NCBI GenBank assembly: GCA_052426225.1
Contig: JBNJNM010000006.1
Span: forward strand, 1,488,001-1,552,000
Direction: 5' to 3'
Source: Zancudomyces culisetae HAW-14-8
Lineage: Eukaryota > Fungi > Kickxellomycota
Length of the DNA: 64,000 nucleotides
In this document: piece by piece, positions 11,288 through 24,734 of the stretch
Position numbering within the stretch: position 1 is the stretch's first letter
Layout: each line of letters starts with the position of its first letter
Position numbers and translations under genes: made by a program
The notes under the pieces: model-generated
What the model saw: only the letters and a program-made list of their open reading frames with translations
What the model was told of the DNA's origin: nothing
Databases searched by the model: none

Positions 11288-14200
11288 AGGAGGAGCAGGA
11301 GGAGTGGTAGGTAATGGGACAGAAAGAGTGGTGGAGTATTTAAGTATAAAGTGTTATAGTGAAGATAGTTTGACGAGACAATATGGATGCATGTCGATAA
11401 TGTATGTATTGGAGCAATTCGAGTTGAATAGTAAATATATCGAGAGCAATATCAATAAGATATTTAAATCGTTGTTGTTTGGACTGAAGGATTATAAAGA
11501 AGCGAAAAGGAGTATTAGTAAACTTATAGAAATAGGAATAAGTAAAGGAATAATAGGAGTAGTAATAAAAAAAGAGGAGGAAGGAAAAGATAAAGAAAAG
11601 GAAAAAGAAAAAGAAAAAGAAAAAGAAAAAGAAAAGCAGGAAAAAGTAGCGAATCAAGTATTGATGGGAATGTTGGCAATATTTAGTAAAGAGTTGGCGA
11701 GTCCAAACCGAAATGTGCGACAGGCAATCAAAAGCAGTTTGGAGCAAATAGGAAAAGGATTAGGAGTTACAGAAGCAGAAATGATGAAGCCGATGAAAGA
11801 GCGGCTATTGGTGCCGATATTTGGAAAGCCACTGCGGGCACTGCCGCATGGAATGATGATAGGATACGTGGATGCGTTGACGTATAGTCTGGAGCTGAAG
11901 CCAGATTTTGTGGAGATTAGCGGGGAGTTTATGCGGTTGTTGACAGAGGTGTTGGCGATAGCAGATGCGGAAGATGGGGCGTTGGTGACGCATCCAGACC
12001 AGATCAACACGGCGCAGGCGGCGCTGGTGGAGCTGCGGTGTAGTTGTATTCGGCTGCTGACGGCAGCGATGTTGCGGACGGAAATGATGGGAGAGTTGCA
12101 TAATGGGATTCGAGAGCGGGTGATAGCAGTGTTGTTTAAGTTTTTGTATAACAAGTCGGAGCTGGTAATTGAGGCGGCGAATTTGGGGCTGAAGGCGATT
12201 ATGGGTAAAATGCACAAGTTGTCAAAGGATTTGTTGCAGGCTGGGTTGCGGCCATTATTGCTGAACCTTAGCGACTACACCAAGCTGAATGTTGCGTGTT
12301 TGGAAGGACTGTCACGGCTGTTGCAGCTGCTTACGAATTATTTCAAGGTAGAGGTAGGAATCAAGTTGTTGGAACATTTGAAATTGTGGGCAACACCGGC
12401 CAACCTACAGCGAGCAAGTGTGAAGTTGGCGAGTGGAGAGGCGGATATTCAGGTAATGGTGGCGATTCTGAATATATACTATTTATTGCCGACGAATGCG
12501 TACACGTTGATTCCAGCGCTGGTTCAGGCGGTTATTATGATGGAGACGCAGTTGATGCGGCGGAAGGCTAGTCCATTTAGATTGCCGTTGTTTAGGTTTT
12601 TGAATATGCATCCGAGTCAGACGTTGGAATATTTCCTGCAAAATAACAAACATTTGATGGATACACGACACGTCGAATTGTTTGTGAGTTTATTGGATGA
12701 TCCTGTAAATTCAGTTAATATCAGAAGTTTGCTTGTTGAAAACAAAGTCAATACTAATACTAATATTAACCCAACCACAACCACAACCTCAGCAGCAGCA
12801 GCAGCAGCAGCAACAACAACAGCAACAACACCAGTTCCAGCAACAACATATATAACCAAATTGGTAGAATTATGTTGTTTAATACCCAATGATAATGAGG
12901 GTGTCAACAACAGCAACTTGATCAAACTAAAATACCACGCAACCAAGATATTGTGTAGTTTGGGAGCTCAAGTTATCACAAGTGTTGAAAGAGTAGGCCA
13001 AGTGTACGACAAGCTTTTGGGAGAAATTAGACAGTTAAACAAGATGACACTAACTCTAAATTCCAAAGAGTCAGCAAGTGTGTTTGACAGAGTAGTAATG
13101 GTAGACACAGTGGTGAATCTTTGTTTGCTGTATTCAGAATTGATATTAGAAAACCCGACATTGAAATACAGTTATCTAGTGGATTTTGTGGCGATAGTTG
13201 GGACGACTAGCAGTTTGTATAGTAACAAATTAATAGTAGACAAGATTAACATGATTATTGAAAAAGTGATTAATACCAATCCAACAACAACAACAACAAT
13301 GACAACAACAACAACAAATGTAACAAATGTAGCTACATCAGCATCAACGAGTTGTAGGTTGTTTATGGCAGTTTCGGAATTGATTCTAGATAAAACAACA
13401 GATTCTAAAGGAAAAGAATATGTGTTGGAAACGATAGCTACCAAACTATTTACCGACAATGTGGGCAAAAAAGTAGAGATGAAGCGGCTGATTATGATTA
13501 TGCAGCAGCGGATTTGGGGACCAATAATAGCGCTGCAGGCCAATTCAGCATCGATGACGGCAGTGAGCAGCAACATTAGCATGGCGATTTTACAATTGAC
13601 GTACCAGCTGATCAAGACGGTTCCAGGGCTGATAGTGGAGGTGCGGAAAGAAATCATCAAGTTTGGATGGTCGTACATAAAATGCGAAGATGCACTGGTT
13701 AAGCATGTGGCGTATGTCATGGTGAGCACGTTTGTGGCGGCGTTTGCGACTCCTCCAAAGATTGTTTTGCAACTCTATGTCAATTTGCTCAAATCTAATG
13801 TGTATGAATGCCGGCATTTGATTCATCAGGGATTGAATGTTTTGGCTCCTGTTTTGGCTAATCGAATAACTAGTACCAATACAAATACCAATATAAATCT
13901 TAATAGTGGTAATGTTAGTACTGTTGGAAGTGGTGTTTCTACACCAATATCTATTGCTTCAACACCAAAATCTATTTTAAACACAAACACAAGTGTCAAT
14001 GTCAATGTGGTTGTGGATTTTGAAAAGGCAGTATGGGCTAAATGGACACGATTTATAATGTTGGAGCAACAAAACTCGACTAGCGGATTCAACATGACAA
14101 TATATCAATTTGTAGTTAGTAACAGCGAGTTGTTTTATCCATACCGTACGAGATTTGTAGCCAACTTGATCAATGTTTTGAAAAGACTGTGTATTAGCCA

Positions 14201-17200
14201 AACGGCTAATAATGAATCACGGATTTTGGCAATGGATATTATAGAGGTATTATTGAAATGGCAAACGACTAGTAATAGTGAAGATATTAATAATAGTAAT
14301 AATAATAATAGTAATAGTAATGTTGGAGGATTGGTGATTAATGATCAAAGAAGAGAAGTAATAGTAGGATTATTAATGCGACTATTGTGTGCAGGACATG
14401 ATTTCCTATCCAAGACAGCAGGACTGTTTGAGCGAGCACAAATGTTATTGAGACAGTGTTTGGACCGACAACTTTGGGCGCCGTTGAATATTCGCTTGTC
14501 GTTTTTCGAAAAGACAATGCAACTAAATAGTCTGAAAACGCTGAGAAATGTGGTGGGAGAAATGGAGCCCAGTTGGTTTGTTGAAAACTTTGGAGTGTTG
14601 CAGACTATATTTTTGAAGAATATGGAACAGGCAGCGACAGGATTCATGGAAAACACCACTACATCTACATCTACATCTACGCCTACATCTGCCACTACTA
14701 CTACTACTGCTACTACTAACTCCACAATTAGTACTAATAGTAGTAGTAGTAGTAGTAGTGAGGTGTTGACGGATTTATTACATGTGATTTTGGTCAATAC
14801 TACATCGATTCATACAGCGTTTTTGAATCAGTTGGTTACAATTATAGTGGATGGAATTTTGGTAGCTAGTAAATCACGGTTTTTGTTGAATGTGTTGGGA
14901 AGAATTTCAGAGTTTCTAGTAGGCGACTTGATATCACCAACAATTCCATTATTGACAAAGTTGCTGGGAAGACATATTAAAGAACATTTAGCAATACAAA
15001 ACAATACTGAATCATCAACATCAACATCATCAACAACATCATCATCAACAACAACAACAACAGCAATTGGTAATAGTAATGAATTGAATGAAGAGTTTTA
15101 TAATTGTCAACAAACCAAGTTGGATTGGAATTTGGTTACACAAATAGATTCCAAGTTGGCGGGACAGACCACGTTGATAATGACGAGTATCTATATTCTC
15201 AAGACACACTATGATATGTTGGGAGATAGTCGGCGGTTGTTTATCAACAATTTGATTAATTTAAATGAAAAAAGCAACAATGTACATATCAGATATGGAA
15301 TGTTGGTGTTGATGAAGGAGTGGATTGGTAGTGATGCGTCGTTTAGTCCGTCAGTAAAAGATAAGGCATCTTTGATGATATCAATGTTGGTATCCAACAC
15401 TAACTCTAATGCCAATTCTAATGCTAATTCTAATGCTAATGCTAATGCTAATATAATTCTGGAAGCTCAGTATCTACAGTTGGTAGGAAGTATTTATTCT
15501 AGCAGACGATTTGAGAGAACAGATTTGAACATGAAGTTGGAACCAGCATTTATGTTGGGCGCACTGCATTGCAATCCCGAAATCCACACAGTATTTCTGC
15601 AATTATTGGATGGTAGTTTAGGTGGCGATGTGTATAGTCGAGCAAGTTATTTGTTTGATACACAGAATTGGTCGTTTGTGTCTGAAAAGTTTTGGTTGAA
15701 TTTGGTAATATATATGATATTACAAACAGCCAAAAAAGAAGAAGCAGGTCAAAATGAAAATGAGAATGAGAATGAAATTTTAAAGATAATAATAGAAATG
15801 GTAGTGTCAGAAGATTGGAATTGTCACAAGTTTTCATACGAGTTGTGGATTGATATATTTCCACAACTGTTTGGATTGTTGGATTATAAACAACAACACG
15901 ATTTACAACAGTCGCTCGTCAAGTTGCTGGGCAAGACATATCTCAAAAACCACCAAGTTGTCCAGGCACTATGCGAATCGTTGAGTAGGTGTCGCCAGGA
16001 ATGCATTAATTTGCCGCCTTCACTGTGCAAGTATTTGGCACAGACGTATAATTGCTGGTTTAGTATGATTTATATTTTGGAACAAGCTGTTCTCAACAAT
16101 GACAAGAAACAGATTTTGAACAACAGTACTGCAACATCGTTGACAAATTCGGCATTGTCAGGATCAGGATCAGGATCAGCAGCAGCAGCAGCGGCAGCAG
16201 CAGGCATTTCGTCTAGCGGGTCTTATATATCCAATCCACTGCTTGCCAATTCGGCGTTTAGTTCGGGTGCGAATGTTGGTACGAACAGTACAGGATACTT
16301 TGAGGCATTGACTGAACTCTACGCCAATTTAGAAATGGAATTTGAGTATTATGGAGCATGGAATCGGTACTGTCAATATCCCGAAACGTATACAGCAATT
16401 TCGCATCGACTGATTGGCAATTGGAATGCCGAGCTGGCTATGGTAGAACGAGCGCAAGTCAAGGCGCGATCGGGATTGGTTCCATTTAGCGAGTTGGAGT
16501 ATAATTTGTGGGAGTCTGAATGGATTTCTGCATCAAAACGGTTATTAAATTGGGAGTTGTTGTCTGAATTGGTTAATTCTGAACTATTACAGCAACAACA
16601 ACAACAACAGCAGCAGCAGCAGCAGCAGCAACAGCAACAACAACAACAACAACAATCTCAACAACAACAATCCCAGCAATCAATTGAACAACAAAAACAA
16701 CAACAACAACAACAGCAACAACAACAGCAAATGGCAGGTGATGGAGATTTAGATGGATTAGATCTTGAATGTAGTCTACGACTGGCCAATATCAACAAGG
16801 AAAAATTCAAATTTAACGTGACCACGAATTCGTTTATTGGAAACTTTATCAATACACATTTAACACTAGTTGATATATTGAATGGAAATGCAAATAGTAT
16901 AAACATAAATGGTGCAAATGTTGGGAGTGTTGGAGGTGCGAATTATAATGATTTCAATATAGCGTATGAACAAACACTCAACCTAGTCTTGAATTCATTA
17001 CAAAAATTGCCCAACAACAACATCAATTGTAGCCTCAAATACCTTGACATTCTCAACCAATTCCAGCTGCTTGTAGAACTAAATGAATCCAAGTCGATAT
17101 ATACTTCGCTGGCCAGCATTAAGCAGCAGCAACAACAACAACAGCAGCAGCAGCAGCAACAGCAAATCAATCCACAGCTTTTGGAATCGAAATCCAACGA

Positions 17201-18014
17201 GCTGAAGCAGATTATCTATTCGTGGCGTGAGCGGCTGCCGTGTCTGTCGGATCCTATTGGGGTGTGGGGCGATTTGGTGGCGTGGAGGCAGCAGGTGTTT
17301 CGGGCAATCAACGATGTGTACATGCCGCTGATTCCACTGTTATCCAAGACACTGTCGTCGTCGTCATCATCGTATGCGTACCGAGGATACCACGAAATGG
17401 CGTGGATCATCAACCGGTTTGCAACAGTAGCGCGGCGGCAGAAGCTGATTGATGTGTCCAACACGCTGCTGTCGAAAATCTATACATTCCCAAACATTGA
17501 GATTATGGAGGCGTTTTTGAAGCTGCGCAGCCAAGCCAAAAACTATTTGGTGTCGAATTTGTCGCTGGGAGTTGATACGATAGGAAACACCAATTTGATG
17601 TACTTTTCGACGTCGCAGCGTGCCGAGTTTTTCAAGTACAAGGCGATGTTTCTGGCCAAGCTGGGCAAGCCTGTCGAAGCCAACGTGGCGTTTGCATCGG
17701 GTGTCCAAGTCGATTTGAATTCGGCGACGACGTGGGCCAGCTGGGCCAAATTCAACGATGTGCGGTTCCAGCAGGCGCTGTCGCATCCGTACAATAAACT
17801 GGCTGACCACGAAAACTCGGCGCATCAGTTTGGCCGTAATGCCATGAGCTGTTATTTGCAGGCATCTAGTCAAATCAAGCATCCAAAGACTAGACGCTAC
17901 TTGTCGCGTATTTTGTATCTGTTGAATAATGACATTGCCCCCGATTATCCTATTCTAAAAGCGTATGAATCGTTTAAGAATTCCGACTCTATCACCAACA
18001 CCTCTTCTACTATC

Positions 18015-18071
<57 letters not shown>

Positions 18072-20966
18072 ACCAACAATAACAATAACAACAATACCAA
18101 CAACAATAATAATGTTAATACTACAACTTCATCAGGTACAAATCCAAACATTCTTAATACTGGAAATGGATTTACTGTGTTTTATTGGGTTTATTTCATT
18201 CCTCAACTCTTGTTAAATCTACACAGTGACCGATTTGCCATCCACAGCAAACTCATTCTCCTCAAAATTGCCAAACGATATCCCCAATCTCTCCACTATG
18301 CTTTAGGAACAATTCGTGACGATTTAGCCACTCTTGATTCTATTCCTTCTTCTACTTCTTCTTCTTCAAAACCTGTTCTTGCTTTGGTTGACGAATTGGT
18401 TTCCAAACTCAAAACTGCTCATCCTCTACTTGCTCTTTCAATTGAGACTCTGATTGACCAACTCAAATCACGCCTCAAACCTCCAAATGTCGACCATGAT
18501 ATTTATCATGTTTTGAACACTTTGTTCCATTCGTCATGTGACTTGTTTTACAAATTCCTATCATTTAAATACCAATATCAGTGTCAAAACTACAATTACA
18601 ATTACAACCACAATCACAATTGCGATTCGATTGAAATATGGAACGAATTTGTTACTAAAAACAGCAAATCGTATTTACATTTACTGACAAATATTCGAAA
18701 CCTAGTGTCCAATAATGAATTGGCAACACCAGCATTTGGATATGTGAGGGCGAAAATGGTGCCGATAGTTTCAGGCGCGCAGAACCACAACCCGACGATT
18801 AAAGAGATATTTGAGGGGTTGTATGAATCAGTCAACTATGTCAAGACGGCAATAGCAAATCATCATCGAGCGCACCGACTGGATTTGTCATATTTGTATT
18901 ACTCACCATACTTGATTGAGTTTGAACATCAAAAGTTTGAGGATGTGCATTTGCCAGGTCAATATTTACAGCTTGTGGAATCCAATGCTGATTTTGAATC
19001 TATTGATCGATTCTTATTACTATCATCACCATCTTCTTTTTCTTCTTCCTCATCATCATCAAATAATAATGAGTACAATAATAATGAGGATTATAATCCT
19101 GATTCACGTACTGTAACTCTGGTTGCAAAATCAGGCCAGTTATTTACATACACTCTGAACCATTACACTCAATCTCCACAGACTACACGTCGACACGAAC
19201 GGTTTGTCCAACTGCTGAATATTCTGGACACTTCATTATCCGCATACCGCCAAAACTACTTTAATATCCGTGTTGGGTTTGGTGTAAAGAATTTGGTGGT
19301 TGGTTTGTCCAATTCTGTTTCTCTTACGCTAACTACTACTGGCGGAAGTGGTCGTTCGAAATCTCTTTATGATTTGTTGGAATCTCACAATGAGGATAAT
19401 CCTATATCTTTTTACTCGATTCTTAAATCCATCGATTCAATTCTTTCCTCCTTCAACTCAAACTCAAACCAAAATCAAAACCAAAACCAAAACCAAAACC
19501 AAAATCATCATCATTCTCTTTCGACTGCTCTCTTCTTTATCTCTCAACAAAATCCTTATCTTTCTTCCTCTTCGTCTGCTTCTACTTCTTCTTCTACTTT
19601 TTCCACAGAGTTGTTTATTCCTCGTGATATTATTACTTCTCATCTAATGCGTTCTGTTACTTCAATGTCTGCATATACTCAGCTAAGAACTGCAATTTCT
19701 TGGAGATTTTCCACATTTTTGGCTGTTGAGCATTTATTCGCTCCTCCTGGAACTATTTCTACCTCCTCAATTCACGATATAAATAACAACAACAACAACA
19801 ACAACAATAATAATAATAATAATAGTAGTAGTGGTAGTAGTAATAATAATACTACTGTGGTAATGAATCCTCAAAATTGCTTTGTTGCTATTGGTTCAGA
19901 TTATACAAATCCCAACGATCCAAATTTGGTATTTGTAGACTCGTATTTGCCTCCAATTCCCAGTCTCACCTCTACCACTAATATGAATATGAATATGAAT
20001 CTGAATAACAGTATCAACTCTCTTGATAAATCTATTATTACTAATCAAAAACAAAAAGTACAGGAAAATGAACAAGAAGGGGAATCAAGTATAAAACAAG
20101 TTGAAATGACTAGTGTTGATGATACTCAAAATACTACTCTTGATCAAAGCGAAAATACCGGAATTCAAATCAAACAGGAATCAGATAATCCGGCTGAAAA
20201 TGAAACCCAGCTCAAAGATAGTTCTAATTCAACTGCTCAAATGGATGTAGATACTGAAATGCAAGTTGATAAAGATGAAAATGCCATGCAAGTTGACACA
20301 CAACATCAACATCAACAGCAACATCAACATCAACAGCAACAGCAACAACAACAACAACAAGTGGAACCTCCACCATTCCGTCTCACACCAAATATCCAAT
20401 GTCTAATTGGTGATTTTGGTCTTGAATCTATTCTTCCTTATGTTCTAACTTCCATTCCAACCTCTCTATTTGACGATGAAAACTTGTTGCTTGATTATCT
20501 TCAACTATTCCACACTTATGAACCTCTCCAACTTTTGATATCAACTAAACCTTCTCTCTCTTCTTCCTCTCTTTCTCCTTCTTCTCCTCTTGATTTATAC
20601 TTTCCCAACCAATCTCCAATCTCCATTGTGCCTATTCCTGATAACCCTTCTTCTCTCTTTGCTTATTCTCTTCCTGCTCCCACCCTGTCTATCAACAACA
20701 CTATTGATACTTTGTTGCTTAGATCCTGTCTTTTGACCTTTAATTCCAACTACACTCTTGATCCCTCTGCTCCTCGCCATGCTGTTCTTGCTAACAATAA
20801 CAACAATCCCACATCAAATAACAATAACAACAACAATAACAACAATGGTAGCACGGTTGCTAGTACTGCCAATGATGGGTTTGTTCATGCGTTATCTCTC
20901 ATCAATCATGCTACTAATCCTCAAACTCTTTCGTTGTACCCATTCTTGGCACTACCTTGGTACTAG
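7810..20966 (+). CDS. TRA1: Tra1/TRRAP pseudo-PIKK subunit of SAGA/NuA4; exons 7810-7873, 8030-8190, 8274-20966
   Basis: >4200 aa HEAT/FAT/PI3K-like/FATC architecture with hallmark segments (LFKSIGGGKYESLYKE, TVPVRLSVLLPHL, KPLRALP, YAYRGYHEMAWIINRFA, PFRLTPNIQ). GT-AG introns restore the N-terminus in phase. Confidence 0.95.
16590..16730 (+). repeat. CAA/CAG microsatellite encoding poly-Gln in TRA1
   Basis: Directly visible trinucleotide run; further poly-Q near 17123-17166 and 20301-20360. Confidence 0.95.
18015..18113 (+). repeat. AAC/AAT microsatellite encoding poly-Asn in TRA1
   Basis: Long pure (AAC)n run followed by degenerate AAT/AAC. Confidence 0.95.
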
Positions 20967-21077
20967 GTGATATTATTTCCTCCCTTTTTTTTATTTTCAT
21001 GTTTTTATATATGATATTTCTATGTTTTATTTTACCAATTATTATACTTTATGATATAGACCAACTAAATTAATAAA

Positions 21078-22250
21078 CTAGAACAAAGTTCCAAAAACCC
21101 TATCCCACATTGTGCTAGATACTCCAAATCCCAATTTATGGGTAAGATAATGATGTTTGTTATGGAACGACTTGAGACGCATAAGTGGATATAACAGCAC
21201 ATTTCTTGATGAATACTGCCAGCCGCCAAAATGAACTCCATAGTGGATAGCATCATAAACCGCAAACATTGCCAAAAGTCCGGCTGACCAGGCATGGCCA
21301 AGACCATGAGGAAGACACAAATTTGCTGTGTACAGGATGGGTGCTGCATTGATTGCCAGCAACGGTAGTGGAATCTGTGCCTTGCTAGGATCGTATGGCA
21401 ATAGGTGGTGTACTCCATGCCGCATAAAATGCCATACCTGTCCATATGTAGTGTGCAGGATTGCGGATTCGGTATGTAATGAGAATCGGTGTAGGAAATA
21501 CTCCAATATACTCCAACTTGCCGCTCCTGCAGCACATGCAGTCAATAGTACTGTCCAAGCAGATGTAGTTGTAGTTGTAGCTGTAGTTGTAGCTGTAGCT
21601 GTAGCTGTAGATGCAAGCGAACTCAAATATTGTGTCGCTGCACGCCGCAACAGTAGTATAGCTGCTGGAATTGCGGCCACCGTCACGCTATACTTTTTCA
21701 TCGTACATGCGGTCTCGAGCACTGGGTTGCTAAAGTATCGGGTTTGCCCTACGTGCATACATGGTGTGTGGACATATTCGAGGTACTCGGCACGTGACAG
21801 GCGAGCACGCATAAGTTGCCATACTAGAGGTTTCGTAACATCGAGATATTCCAAGCGGGTATTTTCCTTTTCGTTTTCGTTTTGCTTTTCCTTTTCGTTT
21901 TCGTTTTGCTTTTCCTTTTCGGTTTGCATATCTTTTTCTACTGTTTGTAATCTTTTTATTTCGTTTTCTTGCTGTTGCTTTTCTAGTGTATCTTGGTGAG
22001 TTACGTAAACTCGTCCGATCCGAGACCGTGCCATTAAATCATCAATAACTGAGCGTGGGTGCATATGGGGGCCTGAAAACAACAAGTCGCTGACGTCGGT
22101 GCCTGCGCACATTGCAAGTTGTGAGTATCCACCTGGGTGGTGCGCTGCAAACGCAGTTATGTCACAGACGTGCCCATCGTAAATCACCCACAGTGAAGCC
22201 GCAGTGTTATGTGTTGCGACTTGCTCCTTTGTGTAGTAAGCTATTGTCAT
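21078..22250 (-). CDS. SCS7: Cytochrome b5-fused sphingolipid fatty acid 2-hydroxylase
   Basis: N-terminal b5 domain (HPGG) and His boxes HRFSLH, HGVHH, HYGVH, HNKHH; C-terminal GFGVSSTMWDRVFGT. Confidence 0.9.
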   Translation of the reverse strand: MTIAYYTKEQVATHNTAASLWVIYDGHVCDITAFAAHHPGGYSQLAMCAGTDVSDLLFSGPHMHPRSVIDDLMARSRIGRVYVTHQDTLEKQQQENEIKRLQTVEKDMQTEKEKQNENEKEKQNENEKENTRLEYLDVTKPLVWQLMRARLSRAEYLEYVHTPCMHVGQTRYFSNPVLETACTMKKYSVTVAAIPAAILLLRRAATQYLSSLASTATATATTTATTTTTSAWTVLLTACAAGAASWSILEYFLHRFSLHTESAILHTTYGQVWHFMRHGVHHLLPYDPSKAQIPLPLLAINAAPILYTANLCLPHGLGHAWSAGLLAMFAVYDAIHYGVHFGGWQYSSRNVLLYPLMRLKSFHNKHHYLTHKLGFGVSSTMWDRVFGTLF

Positions 22251-24734
22251 TTCCTTTCCTTTTCTCTTTTTTTTTTACAATTTCTATTTTATATTTTATA
22301 TTTTATACTTTTTATCTTTATCTTATCCTCTTACTGTTTTATGTTATATCTATCCTTGTTATTATTTTTATTTAAAGAAAAAAAGTTTTTTATATTTAGG
22401 GGGGGGAGAGGGGAAGATTAACGATATTTCTTTGGATTTACCAGATTTTTTGTTTTAATTACCAAATAATATATTATTGATAAGATATAATTGAAAACTA
22501 GCACAAGATGAATTAAAATATAAACAGAACAAGCTGTAAATAAGATATTTTTTGAACTTGCTATCCAATTTTAATATACTAGCCACCATAGATTTAATTT
22601 CTTTCCGAAAATAAAGTAGTCTCTTTTTCCCTGACACCCATTCTATACTGTTCCACAGTCCCATTCCTCATGATCTTTTAAGCACATGAATTATAAAATA
22701 TTGATGGAGAGAAAGGAAGGGGAGGGGGAGTTTGTTTCAACATAAAACATACACACAAAACAATGGAAAATAACTACTAAAGAAATGTGCTCAAGTCTAA
22801 CGTTATGTATTTTTGCACTTGGGTTTGTGCATCAATCAACTTGCATTCTCCCTTCTCCCTTCTCCCCTTCAACCCCTGCCAATTTCAAGTTAATCGAAAC
22901 ACGTGATAATAATTGCAAAATTGCGATTTCAGACTAAAATTCGGCTCGGGACTACACGTAGTTGATGAGTATATCATATATTACCAAACTAATTAGGTAA
23001 TTAATTAATAGTGCTTTGTTTGTTTGTTTGTTGCAATATAACATTGGTTACATATTTGTTTTGCTTTGTTATTGAAATTATTTTGAATAGTTTGTAAAAT
23101 AAATACACTAACAATGCATGGTTGTTTACTTGACTATCCCAACTAATTCCAACGGGTTATTTCATCGGCAGTTGAGTTGTCCTGACTATGCGTTGCTACT
23201 AAAAGATATTTTAACAAAGTAAAAAGCAACTAGTAGTGTTGATTTTACTTTGCATGTCTTTGGTTTTTTGCTATTTTGAAATGTGCAAAATAAACACTAA
23301 CATTACTAATTCAACAATTCTTATTTATAGACAAAAGATGACAAAAACAGGTAGTGGATAAAGAAAAATAAATAAATATACTGATATCATATGCCATCAA
23401 ATCGCTTTGAAAGGGAAGAGGGGATGAAGGTGGGGGATGGAGATAGAAGTCGAGATGGAGATGGAGATGGAGGGTTAATTAACAATTATATATATTACGC
23501 TTTAAGCCAATATATTTTATTCCCAATACCCTTGAAAAATGGTCAAAATTTTTTTTTTGAATAATCGGATGGGAAAATTAATCATCAACATCTTTGTAAT
23601 TCGGCAATACTTTCCCCCTAAATTTTTCCACACTTATCGCAAATTGCTCTACAACTGAAAACGTAAAGAAAAACGTAAAGGAAAACGAAAAGGAAAAAAA
23701 AAAGGTGCAAATGGTAAAGTGTGTGACAATTGGCAGTATTTGTTGTAATATTTTGATTGTTGATTATGCAATTGGCGTTTCATTGGCTGATTTACCTAAA
23801 CCCAAAGCTTTTTTTAATTTTTTTAAAGGTATGGAAATATTGGTGGGTGAGAAAGAAGGGTGGAAGAAAGAAAAGTGGTGGGGGGGGGGGGGGGGACGGA
23901 AATGAAAAGTAGGGAAGGGGTCAAGTAAAAAAATTACAAGGGAACTTTGGAGAATGACCGGAAAAAAATACAATTTATTGCAGAGTAAAAAAGAAAAATA
24001 ATTACAAAGAAAACACAGAGCTTTGTAAACAAAAATAGAGCTTGCAATTTATATTAGTCAGCTTTGGACTAAAAAGCCTTATATAATAATAAATAAACTA
24101 AAGGACTAAAGAGGGTAATAAAAAAAAACGTCAAGAATATGGCCCAAAGACAGAAAATAATCCCAAGTATATGGTAATTTTTGCCATTCATATTATGAAA
24201 TTTATTGTGGCGAAAATATAATCATCCAAAAGAGAGTATTTATAGGACTAGTAATGGCATATTCGGGTAGCTAAGTGATTAATCACGGAAATTATAATAG
24301 TATAAATAGAAATTTTTTCTGTAAAAACAACATATAACATCTATGGGTTCATAAGAAATGAATCAAGAGGTAGAACTCTAAATAGCTTGAGAAGGGGGGA
24401 GAGGAGGGGGGGAGAAAAAAGGAAGGCGTTGGAAGGAGAGTGATGTTGGAAGGAGAAAATAACAAAATTACGCTATAATTTGTATTCCATTAATTCAAAA
24501 CATCATAAATTCACAGTTAGAAAATAAAATAAATTGAAAATCTTTTATAATAAAAAAAAATCATATTGCAAGTTGTAAAGTGCAAAATTGAAAAAGAAAA
24601 TAGAAAATAGAAAATAGAAAATGGAAAATAGAAAAAAATAATACATTAAATAAAACTATTTATGAAAACAAGATAAGGCAAATAAATCATATAGCAAACT
24701 TGTATTAATAAAGGCAATATATAATAGTTAGAAC

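Noticed and set aside
8365-20970. Numerous antisense and alternate-frame ORFs over TRA1 (also over CLC, WD40, SCS7 and the retroelements)
   Set aside because: Shadows of strongly skewed, low-complexity coding sequence; no domain signal.
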